Below are positions 32,616-42,067 of a stretch of 42,190 nucleotides of DNA, one piece after another. Under the pieces are notes generated by a model that searched no databases, was not told where the DNA came from, and worked only from the letters and a program-made list of their open reading frames with translations. Source of the DNA: an uncultured Candidatus Obscuribacterales bacterium. GTDB taxonomy: Bacteria > Cyanobacteriota > Vampirovibrionia > Obscuribacterales > Obscuribacteraceae. The stretch is from the NCBI GenBank assembly GCA_964546815.1, contig CAZJLR010000003.1, positions 1 through 42,190 on the forward strand, written 5' to 3'. Every line of letters starts with the position of its first letter. Position 1 is the stretch's first letter. Position numbers and translations under genes: made by a program.

Positions 32616-33356
32616 CTAAGCCTTTAGCAAAACTGCGTGCTCATGCGCTTTAGATTCGACTGCATCGTCAAGCGGTGCCAAGTCAAGCGAACCATATCTA
32701 CGAGCCAGAGCAAATTTGATTATCTCATCTGCAAAGCTCGGATTTTTCGGCAAAAGAGATCCGTGCAAATAAGTTCCATAAACCATACCGCGTCCTAATG
32801 GCTGTGCAAGACCTTCTTTGCCGTCATCACCATTGTTTCCATTGCCCTTCACTATTGTTCCAAGAGCTTTAGTCTCATGGCCAAGAAAAGTTTTTCCGCT
32901 GTGGTTTTCAAAACCAACCAGAGTTTCGCCATTGTCTCTCCTGACTACAACGTTGCCAATCATGCGGCGATTTCCTGCAACTGTGTAAGCGTCAACAAGT
33001 GAGATGCCAGGCAATTCGGGGCCTTCATGTGGACGGTAATAGTGTCCAAGCAACTGATAGCCTCCGCAAATAGAAAGAATTACAGCGCCTCCTTCTATTG
33101 ATTGACGCAAAGCATTTTTGTTTGCGCACAAATCTTCTGCAATAACTTGTTGCTGCTTGTCTTGACCACCACCTACAAAATAAACATCGTAATAGTCAGG
33201 GTCTAATGCTTCGTTAAGCCCGGTCGCCGTCACTTCAGTCTCAATGCCGCGCCACTGGCACCGGCGGGTCAAAGTGATGATGTTTCCCCTGTCGCCATAT
33301 ATATTGAGGTAATGAGCGTAGAGATGAGCTATGCGTAATTTTGGGGTTTCGGACAT
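32616..33356 (-). CDS. CobB/CobQ-like type-1 glutamine amidotransferase (GatD-like).
   Basis: LRIAHLYAHYLNIYGDRGNIITL...VILSICGGYQLLGHYY (nucleophile Cys in the G-x-C-x-G context)...GTYLHGSLLPKNP (catalytic His). It lies 8 nt upstream of the GT2 gene and is probably co-transcribed with it. Confidence 0.78.
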   Translation of the reverse strand: MSETPKLRIAHLYAHYLNIYGDRGNIITLTRRCQWRGIETEVTATGLNEALDPDYYDVYFVGGGQDKQQQVIAEDLCANKNALRQSIEGGAVILSICGGYQLLGHYYRPHEGPELPGISLVDAYTVAGNRRMIGNVVVRRDNGETLVGFENHSGKTFLGHETKALGTIVKGNGNNGDDGKEGLAQPLGRGMVYGTYLHGSLLPKNPSFADEIIKFALARRYGSLDLAPLDDAVESKAHEHAVLLKA

Positions 33357-34023
33357 GGGTTCCCTGCGGTAACTAGTCAGAGTTTAGCTTGATATCAATC
33401 GAATGATATCAATTGCAGATTGAATTCGCCCAAGCCCGCTTGAGGCAGATAGCTCGACAGAGCTTCAGCATTAGAGACTCAAATTGGTTTACAAATTGCT
33501 TGCAAACGTTTTTCCAAATTTCAAAAACAAGTTTCTACTTAATGATTACAGGGATGTCTTATCTTGAGATCTTGAGCTGAGCCCTGTTGATTACTGCCAA
33601 AATGCCCGAAACGGCACAGGCACTACCCGCAGTATCACAGGTTAATACCACCAGCAATACCAGGCGCCGCTTGATTTCTGCAAGTTCTTGATTTCTATGA
33701 CAGCGAAAAGCTGCATGGCTGCTTGATTAGCAACAACATTATCGGTCGCATTGTATACACGAAGATACTCGTCAAGTACAAGCTGCCAAGCGAAAGCCAC
33801 TCCAGGCGCTAGTTTCCAGACTCCTTTCGTATATATCGCCCGCAATCATGTAAAATCATTAAAGTTATTTAAGTTGCTCCGTTTCGGCACAGAGCGCGGG
33901 TCTCGGGTAATCCCCAATGCATTGCGTTACTTTTGCAGGATTTCCTACTACTATTCACCGAAGCAATTGGGGTATATTGCCGTAGGAGTCAGGTCAATTC
34001 TGAATGAGGGAGTGATAACTGGT

Positions 34024-34587
34024 ATGAATAAAAGGTTGGCAACCTTGCTTTCAGCAGTTGTAGCACTAGGTGCAAGCACTGTATTTACTACGTCCGCAGC
34101 GAATGCTCAAGGAGCAACTAACGTCAGCGAACTAACTGATGTTGTTGGTAACGAATGGGCATACAATGCGCTGAAAGAACTTGTTAATAACCCCTGCCAT
34201 GTATTGGTAGGTTATCCGGATCGTACATATCGTGGACAAAAGTCCACAACACGTTTTGAGCTGGCAGCAGCTCTCTACAAGTACGAGCAATGCGTCGCTG
34301 AGCGACTAGCTCAAAAGGCTGATAAAGCAGACTTGGAAAAGTTTGCGGCTCTGCTTGAAGAGTTCCGCGGCGAACTCAATCAGCTTAAGGCTCGTGTAGA
34401 TGATCTCGAACGACGAATGAAAGCCGTCGAAGAAAAGAACATCGAACAAGACATGAGACTAGCTTATGCTGAAAGGCAGAAAGGTTTCTTGTATGAACGT
34501 CTCGTAAAAGGTACGTTCATTGATGTCAGAGACATAGGCGTCGGAGTTGGTCGCGGAGCACGCGCCATCTACGACTACTTATTCTAA
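34024..34587 (+). CDS. Secreted SLH (S-layer homology) domain protein with a coiled-coil segment, 187 aa.
   Basis: The signal peptide is MNKRLATLLSAVVALGASTVFTTSAANAQ. The SLH motif is LTDVVGNEWAYNALKELVNNPCHVLVGYPDRTYRGQKSTTRFELAAALYK. Coiled-coil heptads follow. The ATG at 34024 has the RBS GAGGGA upstream. The ORF-track start at 33751 adds an unlikely extension. Confidence 0.7.
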   Translation: MNKRLATLLSAVVALGASTVFTTSAANAQGATNVSELTDVVGNEWAYNALKELVNNPCHVLVGYPDRTYRGQKSTTRFELAAALYKYEQCVAERLAQKADKADLEKFAALLEEFRGELNQLKARVDDLERRMKAVEEKNIEQDMRLAYAERQKGFLYERLVKGTFIDVRDIGVGVGRGARAIYDYLF

Positions 34588-34762
34588 GCAACAAGTAGCT
34601 CAATTCAGCCTGATCTCCTCGAAAGCTCTCGTTGGCAATTGTCGGCGAGGGCTTCCGTTTACCCCTAACGGGGGGAGTCTAAAAGGAACCCCAGTTGTCC
34701 GTCCCGGCCTAAAAGCCCTGGGCGGCATATTGGTTTGTAGTGGAAACTCTGTGCAACTATAA

Positions 34763-35578
34763 TTGTCTACCGTGTCGACTGGGGCTAAAGCAATGAATGT
34801 CAAAACAGACTTGAGCCAAGACCTGAGCTTCGCTTTGCAAATTTGCAAAGAAGCAGGGAAGCTGGCTCTTGCGCACTTTAAACAAGGCGTTGAAGTCACA
34901 ATGAAACCGGACAACACACCGGTGACTTTAGCTGACAAGGAGTGTGAGAGTTTAATCCGTAAACTGATCTCTGAACGCTATCCAGACGACGCCATATTGG
35001 GCGAAGAGGAAGAAGAGAGAGAAGGAAGCTCCAAGTCAAAACGCAAATGGATCATCGATCCTATAGACGGCACTTATAATTTCGCCCGTGGAATACCAAT
35101 TTTTTCTTTGCTTCTGGCTTTAGAACAAAACGGCGAAATTGTCATAGGTGTAGTGCATAATCCGGCCAATGACGATACCTTTTATGCAGAAAAAGGCTGT
35201 GGCGCCTACCGCAATGGTGTGAAAGTGAGTGTTTCGAAAGTAGAAAAGCTCGAAGATTCGCAATTTGTTTTCGGTGCGCCAAATCGCATTCTTGCCCTGG
35301 GTTATTGGAATGGATTTACAAAGCTCATCGAATCAACTTACCGCCAACGCGGACTGGGCGATTATCTGAATTTTGCCTATGTTTTTGAAGGAAAAGCTGA
35401 GGCGGCCCTGGAAGTCGGGCTAAAACCATGGGACATCGCGCCGATGAAAATCATTGTCGAAGAAGCAGGAGGACGATTTGCCGATCTCGATGGAGGCAAC
35501 TCTGTTTACACGGGTAGCTGCCTCGTATCAAATGGCAAAGTGCACGATGCTTATTTCAAAATGCTCTTGACGCCTTAG
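34763..35578 (+). CDS. Inositol monophosphatase-family phosphatase (SuhB/HisN-like).
   Basis: IMPase signatures ILGEEEEE (metal-binding Glu), WIIDPIDGTYNF, and the downstream VVHNP...GAY. An alternative start lies at 34793 (MNVKTD...). Confidence 0.88.
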   Translation: MSTVSTGAKAMNVKTDLSQDLSFALQICKEAGKLALAHFKQGVEVTMKPDNTPVTLADKECESLIRKLISERYPDDAILGEEEEEREGSSKSKRKWIIDPIDGTYNFARGIPIFSLLLALEQNGEIVIGVVHNPANDDTFYAEKGCGAYRNGVKVSVSKVEKLEDSQFVFGAPNRILALGYWNGFTKLIESTYRQRGLGDYLNFAYVFEGKAEAALEVGLKPWDIAPMKIIVEEAGGRFADLDGGNSVYTGSCLVSNGKVHDAYFKMLLTP

Positions 35579-35641
35579 TGCTGCAAGTACTGGGTAAAAT
35601 GCTTTGCGGGGTTTCACAGAAGTTTGGCAAGTCAAAGTTAG

Positions 35642-36745
35642 ATGAACAGATTCAAATGGTCTAACACAGTGCGGGGTCGCATGGCAGTAGTCATGACTGT
35701 CAGCAGTATTGTGCCGATTGTAATTTGCCATGTCATCGTGAGTGGATTGCATGGATTCAATTTGATCGACTTGCTCTGGTACGTTCCATTGATTCCAGTG
35801 CTTGCACTCATCAACTGGTATTTGGCTGGAATAATAATTGCTCCACTTAGCGAACTCATTTCGTCCACCAATAAACTTGCCTCGATGGATCTCCGACAAA
35901 GACTTGATGTCGACCTTAATGAGTCAAGCGAAATTTTGGAACTGCGCAAAGCATTCAATAGATTGCTAAACCGTCTCGAAGAGTCATTGAATATTCAGTG
36001 TCAATTTGTGGGCGACGCAAGTCACGAGTTGCGCACTCCATTGACATCAATTCAAGGTTACACAAAGCTTCTGCAACGACGTGGTGGAAATATTGATCAA
36101 CAGTTGTTGGGTGAAGCACTACAAACAATTTCGGATGAAAGCGGACGACTAATACGTTTAGTGTCTGATTTGTTGCAGTTAGCTAGAGCAGATGCCGGCC
36201 AACCAGTAATTGCACAGAAAAATTTGATCGACCTACGCCAGGCACTTGAAGGTGTCGAAGACACCGTAATGGTGATTGCACCCGAGCAAATTGAAATTCA
36301 GTTTATTGTGCCTCAACGCCCACTATGGGTTTTGGCAGACCTCGACAAACTCAAACAAATTTTTCTCAATTTGACCAACAATGCAATTAAAGCGACCCAG
36401 GGCGGCGGAAAAGTAACCGTTACGTTGCGCTCAAATAACAATGAAGCAATTGTGCGAGTAATTGATACCGGTATTGGTATCGCACCGGCAGACCAACAAA
36501 GAATTTTTGATCGCTTCTATAGGGTTGAACGCTCACGCACGCGCAGTCGTGTTTATGGCGGCGGAACAGGACTGGGATTGGCGATTGCGCTTGCAATCGT
36601 AAAAGCACATGGTGGCAGTATTGAACTTGAGTCAGAGCTGAATAAAGGTTCTACATTTACAGTTCGCTTGCCACTGGCAGACCGCGAAGAACTACGTAAA
36701 GCCGGAAAAGAACTGCCTGACGACTCACTTCCCAACCTTGAGTGA
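35642..36745 (+). CDS. Membrane sensor histidine kinase (HisKA plus HATPase_c).
   Basis: Two N-terminal TM helices. H-box GDASHELRTPLTSIQGY, N-box LNLTNNAIKAT, G1 box IDTGIGIAP, G2 box GGTGLGLAI. No response regulator is adjacent. Confidence 0.9.
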   Translation: MNRFKWSNTVRGRMAVVMTVSSIVPIVICHVIVSGLHGFNLIDLLWYVPLIPVLALINWYLAGIIIAPLSELISSTNKLASMDLRQRLDVDLNESSEILELRKAFNRLLNRLEESLNIQCQFVGDASHELRTPLTSIQGYTKLLQRRGGNIDQQLLGEALQTISDESGRLIRLVSDLLQLARADAGQPVIAQKNLIDLRQALEGVEDTVMVIAPEQIEIQFIVPQRPLWVLADLDKLKQIFLNLTNNAIKATQGGGKVTVTLRSNNNEAIVRVIDTGIGIAPADQQRIFDRFYRVERSRTRSRVYGGGTGLGLAIALAIVKAHGGSIELESELNKGSTFTVRLPLADREELRKAGKELPDDSLPNLE

Positions 36746-39328
36746 GGGGGCTTCTCGGGCTACATCATCACGCATTTTAGTAAGTCGTTTTACTATGCTG
36801 CCTATGGAAGGGTCGTTCGAATCAAGGTAAGGCAAGTACTTGTCGCAAAGTTCGAGTGCCTTTTTCTTCTCTCCAAAAAATACATAGGCTTCAAATGCAT
36901 CCAACACTGAAGCAGCAAAAAGATTTGGAAATATATTTCTAACAGCGAAAGCATTTGAGAGATTTTCCCGACACAATTTAATTGTTTCGGCAGCTTTGCC
37001 TTCTTCACGAAAAATCATTGCATCTTTTAAATCCAGTGAAAGATGCAACTCGCTTGTGTCATCTTCATGCAAATACTTCCTACCAAGGCTTACGCATTCA
37101 TGCGCCTTGCCATATTCATGAAGCCCCTCATAGCAACAAGCTTGACCTAAAAATACATTGACCCTGCCAGCTAAGTAGTTGCTTTTGTCAAAAGCCTGCT
37201 GACATAGCTCGTAGTTTTTCAAAGCCTCTTTGAGATGATTACTTGAGCGCAGATTGTGAGCACTTGCAGCATACATAAAAGCAACAAATTCCGGACTTTT
37301 TTTCCTGAGTACCGGTAAACAGATAGGGATAAACTCAGGAAAATATCCACAAGCATCGCATATGGTGTTGTACTCATAGTGAGCTTTATCTTTTGTTTGC
37401 TCAGCGCGACGCAAGAGAGGCAGCAAGCGCGACTTCGCAAGCTCTCTATTTCCGCTCATAAGTGCAGAGTATAAATCCAATACTTGCAATTTATAGGCAA
37501 CATATGCAGAGCTTTTGGAAAATTTGCTGCCTTTCAGTACCTTTATCAACTTATTTGCGGTTTTAAAATCCCCAATGCTTTGATTGGCTTTTATGCATTC
37601 AGTGCAGGCCAGGGCTTGCGCCTCACTTTTATCAAGACCATGATCAAAGTAGGAAGTTAAGGGAGCGACCTCTCTTTGATTGCCGTGATCATTTTGAAAC
37701 TGCATGAAAGAGGCAAAATTTTCATAACCATTGAGGTCTTTGAGTTTTGAATACTCCCTTAACGCTCGGCTTCCAAACTCCGCAGCTTTTTCTGGTTGAT
37801 TCTTTTCAAAAGACCAGGTTGTTGCCTTACTCAAATACGCCGCATACTCCTCAGGATAATTCGACACTTGCTTCTGGTATTTGTTTAGCAAAGCAATAGC
37901 TTTGTCGAAAGCAGAACTATGTTCGTATGCATAAAACAACGAGGAAAAATCCTTGATTTTATATTCGAGAAAGATTTTGTCGTTGTCTGGCATTATTTGT
38001 GACAGCATTTCTTCAGCCAGGGGAAAATCACTTATTGCAACGGCACATTCACGCTTTACTGCATATAGGTCATAGCGATAAAGGTTACGGCCAGGCTTTC
38101 TATAGAGCTTTGCCGCCAAAGCCTCATCTGCCTTCTTGCAAATGAGTGCACAGAAATAGTGCCCACGGTCCCAATTTACAGGTTGGCAATTGGCAAAACA
38201 TTGCGAAAGATAGCCTAAAGCACTTTCGTCATTCATATGCTTCTCAAGCCATTGCCTACAGCGCATGACTCGGTCACTTTGTATGTTTCTTGGATTACCC
38301 GCAAAAGCGTCCCAGCTCATATTGAAACTCGGGTCGTTCACTTCAACGCTTGTTGGATTCTTCTTTAGATATTGGGGCAGGTAATTAATTGCTCCATATG
38401 AAATAAGCAATAAGAGCGAAACGTAAGCCACCATTAGCAGTGCCTTTTTTCCAGACTGCGCTTTGAATTCGCTTTCCAAAATTTCTTGAACTGTTTGCAT
38501 ATCGGGCCAACGATCTTCAGGCTTTTTCTTCAAGCAGCCAAGAATCACATTTTCCAATTGTTTTGAAATTGGCAGACGCGATGGTATTCGCGTTATCTCT
38601 TTATTGAGATGATTGGACAAAATCATCCATTCGGTGTCGGCTTCCATAGGAGGATTGCCGCAGCAAAGCTCATATAGCAAGCAGCCTAAAGAATAAATAT
38701 CAGATCGCGCATCGACCTTGCCAGAACGGCACTGCTCTGGACTCATATAGTTTGCAGTGCCGGCAAAGCTGCCTTCTAGCGTTAATTGTTGAGAGCCAGT
38801 TTCAGAGCTACTTTTGTGAATTCCAAAATCGATTATTTTAGCGATAGGTTCGCCTTCAAAATCTTGAATCAACACATTTGCAGGCTTTAAATCGCGATGC
38901 ACAACTTTCATGTTGTGAGAGTAAGCCAGCGCCCGACAAATTTGAGCAGCATAATTTCTGATTTCTTTTTCGCTGAAGTTTCTACCTGCTTTCAATAATT
39001 CAGCAAGAGAAGTTCCATGAACATATTCCATGACCATGTAGGTACGGCCATCATTTAACCTGCCCACACCGTACATGCAGACAATATTGGGATGCTGAAA
39101 AGAAGCAAGCAATTTGGCTTCTTGTTGAAAACGTTCAAATGCGACACCAGACTCCGCAGCAAGGTTAGCCAATACCTTGATAGCCACATCGCGACTCATC
39201 AAGAGTTGTTTGCCTTTCAACAAAATTGAATTTGCGGTAATTGAAAGGCAGGCACTTATTTCGTAACCCTGTGCAAACAGCTCTTCCGCAATTGGTTGCC
39301 AAAGCGTGTTATTGCCTTCGGTTGCCAA
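36725..39328 (-). CDS. Hanks-type Ser/Thr protein kinase with a TM helix and a large C-terminal TPR/helical-repeat domain.
   Basis: VAIKVL, HRDLKPANVLI, IIDFGIHK, GTANYMSPEQ. The TM helix is ALLMVAYVSLLLLISYGAINYL, followed by about 550 aa of helical repeats. Its 3' end overlaps the histidine-kinase gene by 21 nt, in a convergent arrangement. Confidence 0.9.
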   Translation of the reverse strand: MATEGNNTLWQPIAEELFAQGYEISACLSITANSILLKGKQLLMSRDVAIKVLANLAAESGVAFERFQQEAKLLASFQHPNIVCMYGVGRLNDGRTYMVMEYVHGTSLAELLKAGRNFSEKEIRNYAAQICRALAYSHNMKVVHRDLKPANVLIQDFEGEPIAKIIDFGIHKSSSETGSQQLTLEGSFAGTANYMSPEQCRSGKVDARSDIYSLGCLLYELCCGNPPMEADTEWMILSNHLNKEITRIPSRLPISKQLENVILGCLKKKPEDRWPDMQTVQEILESEFKAQSGKKALLMVAYVSLLLLISYGAINYLPQYLKKNPTSVEVNDPSFNMSWDAFAGNPRNIQSDRVMRCRQWLEKHMNDESALGYLSQCFANCQPVNWDRGHYFCALICKKADEALAAKLYRKPGRNLYRYDLYAVKRECAVAISDFPLAEEMLSQIMPDNDKIFLEYKIKDFSSLFYAYEHSSAFDKAIALLNKYQKQVSNYPEEYAAYLSKATTWSFEKNQPEKAAEFGSRALREYSKLKDLNGYENFASFMQFQNDHGNQREVAPLTSYFDHGLDKSEAQALACTECIKANQSIGDFKTANKLIKVLKGSKFSKSSAYVAYKLQVLDLYSALMSGNRELAKSRLLPLLRRAEQTKDKAHYEYNTICDACGYFPEFIPICLPVLRKKSPEFVAFMYAASAHNLRSSNHLKEALKNYELCQQAFDKSNYLAGRVNVFLGQACCYEGLHEYGKAHECVSLGRKYLHEDDTSELHLSLDLKDAMIFREEGKAAETIKLCRENLSNAFAVRNIFPNLFAASVLDAFEAYVFFGEKKKALELCDKYLPYLDSNDPSIGSIVKRLTKMRDDVAREAPSLKVGK

Positions 39329-39369
39329 ATGCGGAATGCCTTTAATAGATTGACTTAGAGTTTGTCAGC

Positions 39370-39954
39370 TTATTTCTTAGCTGCTGCTGCCGCTGCGGCT
39401 GATCCGCCGCCACCCTTCTTCGGCACTACACGAGCTACAAGCTCTTCGTGCGGATTGACGATGCGAACGCCAGGAGCGGTTTTCAGTTGTGAGAAATGTA
39501 CGCCCTGTTCGATTTCTTCGATTGTGCTGACATTTACTTCAACGAATTCTGGAATTTCGCTGGGCAAACATTCCAAATCTACGTATTGGTACATTTCAAC
39601 AAGTAGTCCGCCCTTAGCAACAGCTGGAGCTACTCCAACAAACTTCAGCGGCACTGTTACGTTGAGCTTGCGGTTTGTGGCTACCTGGTAGAACTCTACA
39701 TTTAGAATTTCGCTGGTGACGTGCTTGCGGTGCACTGATCTGATTAGCGCATTCTTCGAACCCTCTGGTGTTTCGAGTTCAATTACTTGCGAGAATGCAG
39801 CTGCCGGTAGACGTGTGAAATTGTCTTTCGATAGTTGGAAGGATTTTGATTCGACTTCCGGCCCGTAAACCGTAGCAGGAATTTTTCCACAACGACGCAG
39901 CTGATTGGGCTTTTTAGCATCGCGACCCTCTACTTTCAGCTTGATCCTTTCCAT
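39370..39954 (-). CDS. rplY: 50S ribosomal protein L25, general stress protein Ctc form.
   Basis: KLKVEGRDAKKPNQLRRCGKIPATVYG... This is an L25 N-domain plus a Ctc C-domain, with a Gly/Ala/Lys-rich tail. Confidence 0.88.
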   Translation of the reverse strand: MERIKLKVEGRDAKKPNQLRRCGKIPATVYGPEVESKSFQLSKDNFTRLPAAAFSQVIELETPEGSKNALIRSVHRKHVTSEILNVEFYQVATNRKLNVTVPLKFVGVAPAVAKGGLLVEMYQYVDLECLPSEIPEFVEVNVSTIEEIEQGVHFSQLKTAPGVRIVNPHEELVARVVPKKGGGGSAAAAAAAKK

Positions 39955-40028
39955 GACATACCTCTATCTTAAATGAACGAACGTTAACCCGCCGATGCGG
40001 GAGCCTGAGCTGCACACAGGCGCAAGAG

Positions 40029-40100
40029 CTGGGGTGCAAGGATTCGAACCTCGGAATGGCTGGACCAAAACCAGCTGCCTTACCACTTGGCGACACCCCA
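40029..40100 (-). tRNA. tRNA-Gln (anticodon UUG).
   Basis: The minus strand reads UGGGGUGUCGCCAAGUGGUAAGGCAGCUGGUUUUGGUCCAGCCAUUCCGAGGUUCGAAUCCUUGCACCCCAG. It folds as a cloverleaf with a U1-A72 acceptor start, as in E. coli tRNA-Gln. The anticodon loop is UUUUGGU, giving UUG. The T-loop is UUCGAAU. CCA is not encoded. Confidence 0.85.
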
Positions 40101-40219
40101 AAGCAGGCACAAGGTAGGATTTTATTGAATTTGAGCCGTGATTGTCAACTCGACGATAACAATATATAAAATCGCCATACAGCAAGCCCAGTGAGGCTCA
40201 AGACCCAGATATAGATGTC

Positions 40220-41962
40220 CTATTGTAACCCACTCTTAAGCCTGCCACTTTCCTCAAACAGCGACTGGGCAAAGCGCAAAGCTGCTTCCTGATTATCTTG
40301 ACCACTGGCCATTCCTGCCAAAGCCTTGAGCCTGCCTGCTTCATCTAAAATGTTGACCTGGGTGCGAGTGCTTGTTTTGCCCTGCTCTTTGGAAACGTAA
40401 ATGTGGTTGTCAGCTACTGAAGCGATAATCGGCTGGTGAGTAATGCATAGAATTTGCTGCGACTTAGCCAGCTTGGCTAGTTTGTCCCGCATGGTCTGCA
40501 GCACTTTGCCGGAAAGACCAGTGTCAATTTCGTCAAAAACAACTGTTGAAACTTTCTCAGCACCAGCAAATATTGTTTTGACCGCCAACATTACGCGGCT
40601 CAATTCGCCACCCGAAGCGATTTTGGCAACTGGCATCATTGGCTGACCAGGGTTTGAACATAGCAAAAATTCAGCGCGGTCTAAACCTGAGGGACCAATT
40701 GCTTCAATTAATTCGTCGTGATTTTCTGAGGCATTAGTAGTCAAAGCTATTTCGAATTTGCAATTGCTCATTCCAAGATCAGACAATTCAGCATGAATTT
40801 TCTTGGAAAGTGATGCAGCCAGTTTGGAACGTTTTTTCGACAGGTTGCTGGCAATGTCGAGCAACTCGTTGCTGACCGATTCAAGTTCTGCCTGCAGACT
40901 TTGTATTGCAGTTTGGGCGTTGCCCAGCTGCTCAATTTCTTCTTCGAGAATCGCCTGCCGCTCAATTGCATCGGCCAGTTCGGGGCCATATTTACGCTTG
41001 ATTGTTGCGAGAACAGCTGCGCGTTCGTCAAGATTTGCCAGGGTTTCAGGGTCGGAATCTAGTGACTGGCAGTGTTTGCGAATATTTCTGGCTTCATCTT
41101 CAAGCCGAGAAAGACTATCGTTTAAAGATGACTCGACAGCTTGAAGCCTGTCATCAAGTTGAGCAGCTTTAGATATCTCAGCAAGGGCACTTTGAATTAG
41201 TTCAAGCACACCCGGTTGATTTTCTTGCTCGCTGCCTCTCAAATAGATTTGCGCATTTGAAAGCAAAGTTTCAAGCTCAGTAACATTGGACAGAAGCTTG
41301 CGTTGTGAATTTACCTGTTCGTCCTCATGGGGATCTTCCAGTTGAGCTTCTTCAAGTTCGCCTAACTGAAAACGAGCAAAATCGAGCCTGCGTTCTCGCT
41401 CTGACTCAGATGTAAGCATCGAGGCAAGTTCAGTTTGAAGTTGTTTTCGTTTGGAATATAGCGTCTTTAAGCGAGACACCAGCTTCTTGTGATCGGGCTC
41501 GGCAAGTGCATCAAGCATTTCAAGTTGAGACTGGGGCGATAACAATGTACGTGACTCATGCTGTGCATGAACTGTCACCAGTCTTTGACGTAAGTCCTGA
41601 ACCAGAGCGAGGTTTACCAGCGCGCCGTTAATTCGAATTTTAGAACCACTGCGGCTGATTTCGCGACTGCAGGTAAATGAATCTTCTTGCTCATCGATTA
41701 GCTCTTGTTGTTTCAGCCACAAAGCAATTTCCGGAGTCGTTTTGAAACTGGCTTCTATGATGGCACGATCGGACTGGGGACGAATAGCACTGGGACCAAC
41801 CTTGCCCCCGAGCACCGCATTGAGTGCATCCATTATTATCGACTTACCGGCACCAGTTTCGCCGGTGAGAACATTGAGCCCCCAGGCAAACGACACGCGC
41901 ACGTGTTCGACAAGAGTGAAGTCTTTGATTTCAAGTTCTAAAAGCATAAAGTTATCAGCCAA
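40220..41962 (-). CDS. recN: DNA repair protein RecN.
   Basis: N-terminal Walker A (LNVLTGETGAGKSIIMDALNAVLG), a long coiled-coil middle, and C-terminal ABC signature/Walker B (LSGGELSRVMLAVK...VVFDEIDTGLSG). It is 580 aa. Confidence 0.95.
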   Translation of the reverse strand: MADNFMLLELEIKDFTLVEHVRVSFAWGLNVLTGETGAGKSIIMDALNAVLGGKVGPSAIRPQSDRAIIEASFKTTPEIALWLKQQELIDEQEDSFTCSREISRSGSKIRINGALVNLALVQDLRQRLVTVHAQHESRTLLSPQSQLEMLDALAEPDHKKLVSRLKTLYSKRKQLQTELASMLTSESERERRLDFARFQLGELEEAQLEDPHEDEQVNSQRKLLSNVTELETLLSNAQIYLRGSEQENQPGVLELIQSALAEISKAAQLDDRLQAVESSLNDSLSRLEDEARNIRKHCQSLDSDPETLANLDERAAVLATIKRKYGPELADAIERQAILEEEIEQLGNAQTAIQSLQAELESVSNELLDIASNLSKKRSKLAASLSKKIHAELSDLGMSNCKFEIALTTNASENHDELIEAIGPSGLDRAEFLLCSNPGQPMMPVAKIASGGELSRVMLAVKTIFAGAEKVSTVVFDEIDTGLSGKVLQTMRDKLAKLAKSQQILCITHQPIIASVADNHIYVSKEQGKTSTRTQVNILDEAGRLKALAGMASGQDNQEAALRFAQSLFEESGRLKSGLQ

Positions 41963-42067
41963 AGCCTAACGTTCAATATGATAGCCGTATCTTCGGAAAA
42001 GTCAGCAACAAATATATCCAATGGATAGCATTTATTTTTTCTGCCACCATATACGGTCGCATGCATG

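Noticed and set aside
33751-34023. The N-terminal 91-aa extension of ORF 33751..34587.
   Set aside because: A signal peptide begins exactly at the internal Met (34024), which has a good RBS. The upstream extension has no features and reads across an AT-rich promoter-like region.
40029-40100. The tRNA starting with U1 rather than G1 could be a pseudogene.
   Set aside because: U1-A72 is the normal identity feature of bacterial tRNA-Gln. The cloverleaf is otherwise canonical with 7-bp acceptor, anticodon and T stems, and the T-loop is UUCGAAU.
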